64,000 bases of DNA. It comes from Candidatus Woesebacteria bacterium. GTDB taxonomy: Bacteria > Patescibacteriota > Microgenomatia > UBA8517. The translations under genes and the position numbers were made by a program. The notes below the pieces were generated by a model that searched no databases, was not told the DNA's origin, and saw only the letters and a list, made by a program, of their open reading frames with translations. The DNA lies in contig CP058602.1 in NCBI GenBank assembly GCA_013426185.1, positions 628,549 to 692,548 on the forward strand. Reading direction: 5' to 3'. Of the stretch, positions 35,836 to 44,787 are shown in pieces (position 1 is the first letter of the stretch; the number at the start of each line of letters is the position of its first letter).

Positions 35836-36375
35836 TTACGATAAACCTGGAATCTTAAGTATACTAACTCCAATTACTCTTAAAATAAAAACAGAAAAAA
35901 TCAAAAGGATTAATCCCATTATAGCCGAACTTAGAAGTTCTTTTCCTGCCTGAAGCCTTTTAGGGTCTCCTTGCGATGTCATAATTTGAAATGAGGCGAT
36001 AATAATTAAGATAAAAGCTATTCCTCCTGCAATACCAATCGCCCATTTAAGTATAAATTCTATCATTCCCTGCTGCTCAATTGGGATACAACCAATGGCG
36101 GTATCAATACAGTCGCCTTTTAGGGCAGAGATACCAGCAGCAGGATTGGCAACCCCTCTTGGTAGGGGTACTATGGTCGAATTGGGGTCGTCTTGACAAT
36201 AGCCATTTACACAGATCAAGCCAGTTTGACAGGAGTCGGGCGGGCCTCCAGCTAAGTTGCAGCATCTCTCCCCAATTAGACCGCATTGAATTGGAGATTG
36301 TGCTGAAACTTTTCCTTGCGCCAGGGACAACAAAAGAAATAAGCTGGCAAGGAAGGTAATTATATTTTTTCTCAT
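35836..36375 (-). CDS. Pilin-like protein, paralogue 8, with added N-terminal signal peptide and 8-Cys-rich ectodomain (candidate minor or tip pilin)
   Basis: Signal peptide, then CGLIGERCCNLAGGPPDSCQTGLICVNGYCQ, then the family motif MTSQGDPKRLQAGKELLSSAIMGLILLIF. Confidence 0.55.
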   Translation of the reverse strand: MRKNIITFLASLFLLLSLAQGKVSAQSPIQCGLIGERCCNLAGGPPDSCQTGLICVNGYCQDDPNSTIVPLPRGVANPAAGISALKGDCIDTAIGCIPIEQQGMIEFILKWAIGIAGGIAFILIIIASFQIMTSQGDPKRLQAGKELLSSAIMGLILLIFSVFILRVIGVSILKIPGLS

Positions 36376-36438
36376 CTTCTTATTTTAACAAATTGCAAAA
36401 CATTAAAACAGTTGTAGTTGGTATAATGATCTAAGATT

Positions 36439-38118
36439 ATGACGATGTCAAAAGCCCGCTTGTTGATTTTGCTAAGAAAAGTCTTTTTTCTTTTGTTTTT
36501 GGTCTCATTTTTTTATCTTTTTAAAAATGTTGTTTTTGCTCAAACCTGTCCCACTACTGATTATGATTGCCAGATAAGAGAAATTCAAAAAGAAATTGAT
36601 CTTTTAAAACCCGCTCATGAGAAAAATAAAGCTGAGCTTGATGGTCTTAAAAAGCAACTTGCCAATCTTGATAAAAGAATTAAAAATCTTTCTTTGAAAT
36701 TGAAGGAAAATGAAGCTGAGATAGAAAAAAGGGAAGAGGATTTAGCTTATGCCAAAGAAATTTTCAATCAGAAAGCAAACAGCCATTATCGCTTTTTAAG
36801 GCTTTATGATCCGATTATTCCCTTTCTTTCAGCCCCTTTAGCCTCAGAGGCTTTTAAGGAAATTAATTTCAGGCAGAGAGCGATTGATGATGACAGGCGG
36901 ACGATGGAAAAATATGCTCAAGATCTTTTGGAACTTAAAAGTGATAGAGAAACTTTGGAGAAGAATAAGACTAGCCTTGCTTCTTTGAAAAAACAGGTTG
37001 ATGAAAGAGCTACTTTTTTGGCAGGTGAGGTTGAAAAAACAGAAAAATATTTGGCTTCTTTGTCGGCAAAACAGGAGGCAATACTTGCAGCAAAAAGCGG
37101 CAGTTTTATTGCCAGTGTTGGAGATAGTGAACTTGCGGATGATTATTATGCTTCAATCAAAGGTTTTCGTGAAGCGGCACCTCCTGGTTCCTATGCTGTT
37201 TTTGCTTTTGGCGCTTATACCCATCGCAAAGGCATGAGCCAATATGGAGCAAGAGGAAGGGCTAATTCAGGGGCAAACTACAAAGATATTCTAAGGGCTT
37301 ATTATGGCAAGGAACCGGTTAAAAAAGATACCGGTGGAACGATTAATGTTTCAGGAGTGGGAACGGTTGATTTTGAAGGATATTATCTTTTGGGAATTGC
37401 TGAAATGCCATCTACCTGGCATCCCGAAGCCTTGAAAGCTCAGGCGGTAGCAGCAAGAACTTATGCCTATCGTTATAAAGTTGAGGGAAGATCTATTTGT
37501 ACAACTGAATCTTGTCAGGTTTTTAGGAAGTCAAAAGCTGATAATTCTCCTGAGGCTTGGAGAAAAGCGGTTGAAGAAACAAGAGGGGAGGTTTTGGAAG
37601 ATGTAATTACTTTTTATTCCTCAACTGCAGGTGGGTATTTGACGACAATGGGTTGGGATACAACAGATGGCTCGGGTGGCGGAAATTTTCTTGATAAATC
37701 CTATGAGAAAATTGGTGGCTCGCCTTGGGTTTATAAGGCATGGTACACCAAAGACTATAGCCCCCAAAGTGATAAGTGTGGAAGAAGTAATCCTTGGTTA
37801 ACAAGCGAGGAATTAGCAGACATTATCAATGCCGCGCGTTATCGTGATGAAAGAGTTACCCCTGTTACAACCGCTTGTTGGGGTGGCAATCCTTATTCTT
37901 ATGAAGAATTAAGGCGAAAAGCCAATGGTCCATCAAGGGTAAATTCGGTTAGTGTAATTCAAGGTAATGGTTCAACCAGTAAGGTAATTTTTCAGACAGA
38001 TATTGGCCAAATTGAATTGTCAGCTGATGAATTCAAAACCGCCTTTAATCTTCGCGCTCCCGGTTATCTTAAAATTCCCCAGAAAGGGTACACCTTCTTT
38101 AACATTGAAAAGAAGTAG
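36439..38118 (+). CDS. SpoIID/LytB-domain protein with N-terminal signal anchor and coiled-coil region
   Basis: SpoIID signatures YTHRKGMSQYGARGRANSGANYKDILRAYYG and ALKAQAVAARTYAY. N-terminal heptad-rich region. Confidence 0.75.
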   Translation: MTMSKARLLILLRKVFFLLFLVSFFYLFKNVVFAQTCPTTDYDCQIREIQKEIDLLKPAHEKNKAELDGLKKQLANLDKRIKNLSLKLKENEAEIEKREEDLAYAKEIFNQKANSHYRFLRLYDPIIPFLSAPLASEAFKEINFRQRAIDDDRRTMEKYAQDLLELKSDRETLEKNKTSLASLKKQVDERATFLAGEVEKTEKYLASLSAKQEAILAAKSGSFIASVGDSELADDYYASIKGFREAAPPGSYAVFAFGAYTHRKGMSQYGARGRANSGANYKDILRAYYGKEPVKKDTGGTINVSGVGTVDFEGYYLLGIAEMPSTWHPEALKAQAVAARTYAYRYKVEGRSICTTESCQVFRKSKADNSPEAWRKAVEETRGEVLEDVITFYSSTAGGYLTTMGWDTTDGSGGGNFLDKSYEKIGGSPWVYKAWYTKDYSPQSDKCGRSNPWLTSEELADIINAARYRDERVTPVTTACWGGNPYSYEELRRKANGPSRVNSVSVIQGNGSTSKVIFQTDIGQIELSADEFKTAFNLRAPGYLKIPQKGYTFFNIEKK

Positions 38119-38148
38119 TTTTGTGTATAAAAGTGGTATAATTGGCAT

Positions 38149-38841
38149 ATGGCAGATATTTATGTCTCTAAGCCTTTTGTCAAAAAGGAAGAAAAACAGG
38201 AAGAAGATGCTTTTCTTGATAAAAAGGAAAATTTGACTAAGAAAAAAAGACCAATTCCTTTCAAAGAAAGAAAGAGTTTAGATTTTAACCCCGTTACCTC
38301 GTTTTCTTTTCTGCCTAAGGGGGTTGATTTTGAGACGAAAAACAAAGGCGAAAAGGTGGTCTTGCTTTTAAGAAGGCATCCGATTACCAATTTACGCTGG
38401 ATATTTTTGGCTATTTTAATGTCTCTTGCTCCTCTTCTACTTGCCAGTTTTCCAATTATTGATTTTCTACCTTCTAATTTTAGGTTTGTTGCAATACTTG
38501 GTTGGTATATGATTACTCTTGCTTTTGTTTTTGAAAGTTTTTTGAGCTGGTTTTTTAATGTCAATATAGTCACCGATGAAAGAATTGTGGATATTGATTT
38601 TGTAAACCTAATTTATAAGGAGATATCGGATGCTGATATTGATAAAATTCAGGATGTAACAGTTAAAGTTGGCGGTGTGGCACAAACAATGTTTAATTAT
38701 GGAGATGTTTATATCCAAACAGCTTCAGAAAAGCCAAGGTTTGAATTTTTGTCGGTTCCCAAGCCTGAAGACGTGGCTAAAATTTTACAAGAGCTAAGAA
38801 TAGAAGAAAAACAGGAAGAACTAGAAGGGAGGGTAAGCTAA
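38149..38841 (+). CDS. Bacterial PH-domain (bPH_2/YdbT-like) membrane protein
   Basis: Two TM helices followed by …VTDERIVDIDFVNLIYKEISDADIDKIQDVTVKVGGVAQTMFNYGDVYIQTA…, typical of bPH_2. Confidence 0.6.
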   Translation: MADIYVSKPFVKKEEKQEEDAFLDKKENLTKKKRPIPFKERKSLDFNPVTSFSFLPKGVDFETKNKGEKVVLLLRRHPITNLRWIFLAILMSLAPLLLASFPIIDFLPSNFRFVAILGWYMITLAFVFESFLSWFFNVNIVTDERIVDIDFVNLIYKEISDADIDKIQDVTVKVGGVAQTMFNYGDVYIQTASEKPRFEFLSVPKPEDVAKILQELRIEEKQEELEGRVS

Positions 38842-39062
38842 TGAATATTAATCCTTTTTCTTTTGAAGTTTGGTCAATTGTTAAATGGTTTTTTGTTTTT
38901 GCCTTTTTTCTTTATATTATTTTTTCCCTTGTTGTAATTAGGCAGGTTAGTTTAATGAATAAAACTTTGGATGTTCATTTTGAAAAGCCATTTACTCTTT
39001 TTGCCTACTTACATTTTTTCTTTGCGGTAGGGGTTTTTATTTTTGCCTTTTTAGTGCTTTGA
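38841..39062 (+). CDS. Small hydrophobic protein (two TM)
   Basis: 73-aa ORF whose start overlaps the upstream stop. Wholly hydrophobic. Confidence 0.3.
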   Translation: MNINPFSFEVWSIVKWFFVFAFFLYIIFSLVVIRQVSLMNKTLDVHFEKPFTLFAYLHFFFAVGVFIFAFLVL

Positions 39063-39065
39063 TAA

Positions 39066-40967
39066 ATGGATCTAAAAAGTACCTCCTTTAAGGTTTTAGG
39101 AAGACCAAGAAGTGGCGGATGGGCAAGTGTTTATGAAAGCGATTCGGGCTTGATTTCTGATCCAAAAGGCCGTCTTTTTATAGTTGTTTCTTCAAACTTA
39201 TCAGAAGATGTAGACGACATAATATCTTTTGGGAGAGACATACTAGTTGATCTTTATAAAGAATATTATAATCACGCATTAAGCAGCAATTTTTATGGCT
39301 TAAAAAATGCTGTTGAAAAAACTTACGCAAAATATAAGGATAGGTTTTCAGGTCTTGAGATGGGAGCGGCAAGCCTTTCTCGCGATGTTTTGAATTGCGC
39401 AGTTGTCGGAGGCGCTCAGGCGGGTGTCTTTCGCAACAAATTTTTGGTAAAGATTTTGGTTAGTTCATCACCTCAAGTGGTTTCAGCCTCAGGTTACCCG
39501 CGCGAAGATGATCTTTTTATCTTGGGAACAAGTGCTTTTTTCGAATGTTTTGAAAATTCCGATTTTGATTCTTTCTTAGAAAAAGAGAAAAGAGGAGAAG
39601 ACGGTTTATCGTTATTAAGGGAAAAAGCTTCTTCGTTTTCAAATAGTTCAAGGCTTGCTGGTTCTTTTGTTTATTTTAGCTTGCAGTCCTTGAAAATTGA
39701 GGAGCCAATCAGGCTTGAGAAAAGAAAGACGATTTTTCAGATGGAAAGGTTTGTCAAAAGAGAGCTGTTTTTACCTCTTGAGAGAGTGATAAATAAAATT
39801 TTGACCAAAAGAGGAGATTCCAGTTTTCCAAGAAGAAAAATATATGTCCGTTCTACTTTTCAGGGGTTAGAAGACGCTCAGTCAAGAAAAAAAGGTTTTT
39901 CTTTGGCACTTTTTTTGATTATTTTTCTTTCCCTTTCAGTTTTAATCGGCTCCAAGCTTAAGGATGTAAAAGAAAAAAGAGCTTTTTATCAAGCTAAATT
40001 AGTTGATGCTTCATCTAAAGTGGAAGAGGCAAAAAAGATAGCTTCTTTAGATCCTGAAAAATCAAGGGAATTATTTTTCAAGGCAAAGGATGAGGTTTCT
40101 TTACTTAAAAACGAAGGAATAAAGGATAAAAAACTACAAGAATTAGATGAAGATATTAGAAAATCAGAGGAGAGTGTTTTGAAAGAATATCACTTGGAGC
40201 CAGAGCTTTTCTTGGACCTTACACTTTTAACCCAAGGTTTTAAAATTTCTCTTTTGAAAGCTGATGCCAATAATATTCTGGTTTTGGATAGAAATGGCAA
40301 AAGATTGGTAAAGATTTCTTTTGAGAATAAGAAAACAGGAGTTGTTTCAGGCCCCGATGATTTTGATAATTATCAGGATGTAGGTCTTTATAGCGGGGAT
40401 ATTTTTGTTTTGACTTCAAAGGCTATTTTTAATGTTAAAGACAACAAAAAAGAGCTTTCCCGCAATGATTTTGGGGATGATGCTTTAATTAATTTTTATG
40501 CTGGCAACGCCTATATTTTAGATAAAAATCCTTCAAGAATTTACAGACTTGCGCCTGACAAAGAAGGCTTTTCGCTGCCACAAATTTGGATGGGAGAGGG
40601 AATAAAAGTTGATTTTACGAGTGCCAAATATTGGTTTATAGATGGTTTTGTCTGGGTTTTAATAGACAATAACCAAATTTTGAAATTTAGCCGTGGTGTG
40701 CCGGAAAGGGTTTATTTAAAAGGTGTTTATCCTGCTCTTGAGGTCATTGATTCTATTTATTCAAACGATGAGTTGAAATTTGTTTATCTTTTGGATTCAA
40801 GAAATGGGAGGGTAGTGGTTGTTGACAAAAATGGCAATTATGTTTGCCAGTATGTGGCAGATAAAATAAAAAGTTCTAATTTTTTGGTGGTTTCAGAAAG
40901 CCAAAAGAAAGCGGTTTTTTCTCTGTCTGATGGTAAGCTTTATTCTTTTGACCTAAAGCATCTTTAA
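39066..40967 (+). CDS. Hypothetical 633-aa protein: N-terminal cytoplasmic domain with faint PP2C-like pattern, one TM, C-terminal external domain
   Basis: TM FSLALFLIIFLSLSVLIGS near residue 280. N-domain segments GRLFIVVSS…, LNCAVVGGAQAGVFRN… and DDLFILGTSAFF give a weak PPM-like pattern only. Confidence 0.5.
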   Translation: MDLKSTSFKVLGRPRSGGWASVYESDSGLISDPKGRLFIVVSSNLSEDVDDIISFGRDILVDLYKEYYNHALSSNFYGLKNAVEKTYAKYKDRFSGLEMGAASLSRDVLNCAVVGGAQAGVFRNKFLVKILVSSSPQVVSASGYPREDDLFILGTSAFFECFENSDFDSFLEKEKRGEDGLSLLREKASSFSNSSRLAGSFVYFSLQSLKIEEPIRLEKRKTIFQMERFVKRELFLPLERVINKILTKRGDSSFPRRKIYVRSTFQGLEDAQSRKKGFSLALFLIIFLSLSVLIGSKLKDVKEKRAFYQAKLVDASSKVEEAKKIASLDPEKSRELFFKAKDEVSLLKNEGIKDKKLQELDEDIRKSEESVLKEYHLEPELFLDLTLLTQGFKISLLKADANNILVLDRNGKRLVKISFENKKTGVVSGPDDFDNYQDVGLYSGDIFVLTSKAIFNVKDNKKELSRNDFGDDALINFYAGNAYILDKNPSRIYRLAPDKEGFSLPQIWMGEGIKVDFTSAKYWFIDGFVWVLIDNNQILKFSRGVPERVYLKGVYPALEVIDSIYSNDELKFVYLLDSRNGRVVVVDKNGNYVCQYVADKIKSSNFLVVSESQKKAVFSLSDGKLYSFDLKHL

Positions 40968-40980
40968 AACTTAAGTTTTT

Positions 40981-41344
40981 TGGTGGAGACGGAGGGATTT
41001 GAACCCTCATCCGAGAAAAAATACCTAAAAACTTCTACAGGTTTAGTCAGTATTGTTTTTTCCTCTGGGATTTACTTACTGACAAGAATTCCCAAAGTGA
41101 GGTTTTAATTTTTGAGCTTTAGCCTGAAAACCAACAAACTAAAGCCGATCTTGACTGGTTTACACCATCAAAAAGCGGTCAAGAAGCACTTTTTGAGATG
41201 CCAACTTAGGCAAACGCGTAAGCGTAGCCGGTTGGAGCGCTAACTTTTACGTTGTCGCTTGTTTTTTTAACCAATTTTTACAAGTTTGGTTAAACTTGAC
41301 CTGCAGTTTTTAAAGTACTTTTTCCGTCGAGACCTGTCGTCCCC
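40981..41344 (-). ncRNA. ssrA: tmRNA (SsrA)
   Basis: Minus-strand 5' end GGGGACGACAGGTCTCGACGG… pairs with 3' end …GGGTTCAAATCCCTCCGTCTCCACCA, forming an acceptor stem with a G3:U70 wobble. Internal tag ORF reads …SDNVKVSAPTGYAYAFA*. Lies immediately downstream of smpB. Confidence 0.8.
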
Positions 41345-41770
41345 TTATTTATTAAAATCTTTAAGCTCTCTTTCCGCTTCTTTTTCGATATCTTGCCTTT
41401 TTAAGGCTTCTTTCTTTTCAAATTGCTTTTTGGGTTTTGCCAGAGATATCTCAACCTTGATATGACGGCCCTTATTATATATTTTTGTGGGTATCAAAGT
41501 CAATTTTTTGGCCTTTATTTTATTTTCCAAAGAAATAATTTCTCTTTTATGTAGAAGAAGTTTTCTTGATCTTGTCGGATTATCACTTTCACTAAAAATA
41601 TTAGCGTTTATAAGATATGCTTCGCCGTTTATGATTTTGACAAAAGCATTGTTAAGATCAGCTCCTCTTTCTCTTAGGGCTTTAATTTCAACTCCAATAA
41701 GAGCAATCCCCGCCTCAAATCTTTCAAGCAGGGTATAATTAAAAGAAGCCTTTTTATTAATGATTTTCAC
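41345..41770 (-). CDS. smpB: SsrA-binding protein SmpB
   Basis: KKASFNYTLLERFEAGIALIGVEIKALRERGADLNNAFV matches the SmpB N-terminal signature. Confidence 0.85.
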   Translation of the reverse strand: MKIINKKASFNYTLLERFEAGIALIGVEIKALRERGADLNNAFVKIINGEAYLINANIFSESDNPTRSRKLLLHKREIISLENKIKAKKLTLIPTKIYNKGRHIKVEISLAKPKKQFEKKEALKRQDIEKEAERELKDFNK

Positions 41771-41789
41771 CGGTTTTATTTTACACTAA

Positions 41790-42473
41790 ATGCTTTTTGA
41801 TTTTTTGTTTCCTAAAAGGTGCGTTTCCTGTCAGAAAAAAGTGGGCTATATTTGCAAATCTTGTCTTCGTTTGGTTAATAAAGCTTCTCCTTTTTGCCCT
41901 GTTTGTCTTGAGCCTTCAATTGATGGAGTAACTCATTTTAAATGCCTTAAAAAACTCTCGCTTGACGGAATAGTAGCAATTTGGCTTTACCGTGGAGTTA
42001 TTAGAAAGGCGATTTTGGCTTTAAAATATAAATTTATTTCTGATTTGGCGCGGGATTTGGTTTCTCTTTCTCTTTTGAGTCTTAAAGATAATTATTCAAT
42101 TTCTTCTTTGAAAAATGTAATTTTGGTGCCGATTCCGCTTAATAAGAAAAGATCTAATTGGCGCGGTTTTAATCAGACGGAGTTTTTGGGGAGGATGATA
42201 GCCTCCTCTTTTGGCTGGAAATTTTCTTCCAATTTGCTTTTGAGGAAGAAATTCACCAAACCTCAAGCTGGCCTTGGCAAGAAAGAAAGAAGGAAGAATG
42301 TTAAGGATGCTTTTGCTATTAACCCGCAATTTGCCAAGATCAAAAATGACAATCTAGAGGTGGTTATTCTTGATGATGTCTTTACCACAGGTTCAACTCT
42401 TAAGGAAGCTTGCAAAGTCTTAAAAAGAAATGGGTTTAAGACGGTTTGGGGACTTGTCTTGGCAAAGTCTTAG
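41790..42473 (+). CDS. comFC: ComF-family protein (double zinc ribbon plus phosphoribosyltransferase domain)
   Basis: CVSCQKK…CKSC…CPVC Zn-ribbon pairs. PRTase motif VVILDDVFTTGSTL. Confidence 0.7.
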   Translation: MLFDFLFPKRCVSCQKKVGYICKSCLRLVNKASPFCPVCLEPSIDGVTHFKCLKKLSLDGIVAIWLYRGVIRKAILALKYKFISDLARDLVSLSLLSLKDNYSISSLKNVILVPIPLNKKRSNWRGFNQTEFLGRMIASSFGWKFSSNLLLRKKFTKPQAGLGKKERRKNVKDAFAINPQFAKIKNDNLEVVILDDVFTTGSTLKEACKVLKRNGFKTVWGLVLAKS

Positions 42474-42484
42474 CTTTAGAAGAT

Positions 42485-42685
42485 TTAATCCTTTTCCCAA
42501 AGCTTTCCTCCCACAATTGCTCCTTGTTTTTGAGCCTTGCCCATTGCTTCCTGAAGCTCGCTTAAGGTAATTTCTCTTCCTTCTTCTTTTGCTTTCTTTA
42601 ATGCTTGGCAGATGGGACAATCGTCAAAATAGTCTTCAGAGGAGGAGATTAGAGTGAAAGCTGGCTCTTTTTTCTTTTTCTTCAC
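42485..42685 (-). CDS. Small hypothetical protein (66 aa, CPIC motif)
   Basis: ORF only. Lys-rich N-terminus. Weak support. Confidence 0.25.
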   Translation of the reverse strand: MKKKKKEPAFTLISSSEDYFDDCPICQALKKAKEEGREITLSELQEAMGKAQKQGAIVGGKLWEKD

Positions 42686-42735
42686 AAGGACATTTTATTT
42701 TGGTGTTCTTTGTTTTACAAGAGTCTTTTTATTCC

Positions 42736-43239
42736 CTAAATTTTTCTTGAGTCGTATGCCCAGTGTAAAAGCGCTTGCCTTTGTTTTCTTCGGCAATTTA
42801 AGTTGCCGGGCATACAATTTTTCTTAATTTGTGCGATATGCCTTTTCATAGCTTGCCATCTTCTGATTTGCCTTAAATCGTCTTCGTGTCTTCTGCCCAT
42901 AAAATAGCGGCAATACCATTGGAACCAGCCTCTTGGGTCGTCAGGATGAATCCAACCTTTTTTGCGCCAGACGGATAACGGCTGGCTTGCGTTTACGCCA
43001 AAAAAGTTTAGTTTTGGATCGTGCCTTTTAGGACATAATTTTGCTTTTAAAAACCAGTCTTTGGGAAATTCGTTCTTACAATCTGTCATATATTTTCCTC
43101 CAAAAACTCCAAGCTCAAGCATTTCTTTTGGAGAAAGTTCAGGCTTAAAATCAGGATGAAAGTTTTCTCCCATAGGCTCGGTTAAATAGTAAACGTAATT
43201 TTTTTGCATTTTGTCATTGACTACTATTTTTTTCTTCAT
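42736..43239 (-). CDS. Conserved-looking hypothetical protein (167 aa; Trp/Cys/His-rich)
   Basis: Long ORF with coding-like composition (…GWIHPDDPRGWFQWYCRYFMGRRHEDD…). Function unknown. Confidence 0.45.
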   Translation of the reverse strand: MKKKIVVNDKMQKNYVYYLTEPMGENFHPDFKPELSPKEMLELGVFGGKYMTDCKNEFPKDWFLKAKLCPKRHDPKLNFFGVNASQPLSVWRKKGWIHPDDPRGWFQWYCRYFMGRRHEDDLRQIRRWQAMKRHIAQIKKNCMPGNLNCRRKQRQALLHWAYDSRKI

Positions 43240-43246
43240 ATTTTTG

Positions 43247-44419
43247 TTAATAGGCTTTTTTATTTTTTTCTAAGAAAATGAATAGAAGCGCAGAAATCAC
43301 CGCCGTTGTTCCTCCAAAAATAAATGGCAGTCTGACGTCAATATAAGTCCAAAGTAGTCCGGCAATAAGGGAAGCAAAAAAAGTACAAACTCCGGTTGCC
43401 ATCTGATAAACACCAAGAGAGGTGGCCATTCTTTCTTTATCACCTATTAAGCTCACGTAAGCTTTACTCACGCCTTCAGTCAGAGCCATATAGAAGCCGT
43501 AGAACATAAAGAGGAGCCAGATCAAAATCTGAGATTGATTGATGCCAAAAAGAAAGTAAATAACAGCAAAGAGAAACCAGCCAAAAATAAGTAATTTCTT
43601 GGGACCAACTTTATCGCTTAAGACGCCAGCAGGTGTGGAAAAAATTGCGTAGGAAAGGTTAAAAAAAGCGTAGGCAAAGACAGCCAGACTGGTAGTTAAA
43701 CCAAGATTTTTTGCTCTTAAGATTAGAAAGGTATCTGAGCTGTTGCCAATAGCAAAGATGATGCTAGTAAAAAGAAAGATCTTGAATGAAGGGTTTAGGT
43801 TTCTAAGAGAAAATTTTGGTAAGACTGTTTTTCCTGTTTCTATTCTTTTTTCTTTAACGAAAAATACAAGAAGTAAAACGGCAATTAAGCCAGGGAAAAA
43901 GGCAATATAGAAAATTTGCCTGAGATTATTATCAAGAAATTTAATTAAAATTATGGCGGTCAAAGGGCCTATTACTGCTCCTAAAGTGTCTAATGCCCGA
44001 TGGAAACCAAAAGCCCTGCCTCTTTTTGTTTTATCGCTGTTTTCAGCAATTAAGGCATCTCTTGCTGAGGTTCTAATGCCTTTTCCAAAGCGATCCATAA
44101 AACGGCCTAATAAGACAAGAGGCCAGTTTTGGGCAAAACCAATAATTAGTTTGGAAAAGGTGGAAAGGGAATAGCCTCCGGTGATAAAAATCTTTCTTTT
44201 CTTAAGTTTATCAGAAAACCAGCCGGAAAAAGCTTTCAAGAGACTGGCAGTTGATTCTGCTATTCCCTCAATTAAACCAACTACTGAGGCTGGCGCTTGT
44301 AATACCGAGGTTAAGAAAATTGGCACGATGGGGTAAATCATCTCAGAGGCTATATCATTAAAAAAACTGACAAGTCCCAGAATAAAAACATTTCTTGAGA
44401 CGCCGAGTTTATTTTTCAT
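43247..44419 (-). CDS. MFS transporter
   Basis: 12 hydrophobic helices. Motif-A-like segments GRFMDRFGKG and FGWFLFAV typical of the major facilitator superfamily. Confidence 0.7.
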   Translation of the reverse strand: MKNKLGVSRNVFILGLVSFFNDIASEMIYPIVPIFLTSVLQAPASVVGLIEGIAESTASLLKAFSGWFSDKLKKRKIFITGGYSLSTFSKLIIGFAQNWPLVLLGRFMDRFGKGIRTSARDALIAENSDKTKRGRAFGFHRALDTLGAVIGPLTAIILIKFLDNNLRQIFYIAFFPGLIAVLLLVFFVKEKRIETGKTVLPKFSLRNLNPSFKIFLFTSIIFAIGNSSDTFLILRAKNLGLTTSLAVFAYAFFNLSYAIFSTPAGVLSDKVGPKKLLIFGWFLFAVIYFLFGINQSQILIWLLFMFYGFYMALTEGVSKAYVSLIGDKERMATSLGVYQMATGVCTFFASLIAGLLWTYIDVRLPFIFGGTTAVISALLFIFLEKNKKAY

Positions 44420-44605
44420 AGAGATTTCCCTTTCGTGGGCTTTTTAGTTGTTAAAACCCTTGCACACCAAAGTATAATCCTGAAAAAATTACTCCGCAAT
44501 TAAAAATACTAATCTTTCTTCCTATATAACTTTTATTGAAGTTTGTTGTGTTAAATTGTAAAGCTGTGTCTTTAGCGTATGGAAAAATGGTTCAGATAAG
44601 AACTT

Positions 44606-44627
44606 AAAAAGCCTGTACTTTAGGCTT
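44606..44627 (-). terminator. Rho-independent terminator-like hairpin on minus strand (AAGCCUAAAGUACAGGCUU + UUUUU)
   Basis: 6-bp GC-containing stem, 7-nt loop, followed by a T-run when read on the minus strand. It lies between the island's left end and the MFS gene, consistent with an original terminator of the tRNA-Arg/tRNA-Ser transcription unit. Confidence 0.35.
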
Positions 44628-44741
44628 GGAATTTATTATCTGTTCTGGGGTTATTTGAACGGCTTAAAATTTAATTTAGAATCTTTGCGGTGTCTGTTCG
44701 AAAAAATTCGAACCGATTTCGCCCAAAACCGATAAAACTCG

Positions 44742-44787
44742 CGGGGCGGGCGGCATTCCCCCCCAGACCCCCCTTCCGCCCGCCCCG
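44742..44787. repeat. GC-rich perfect 12-bp-stem hairpin (cggggcgggcgg…ccgcccgccccg) with C-rich 22-nt loop
   Basis: Direct reading. The composition is very atypical for this AT-rich window. Confidence 0.6.
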
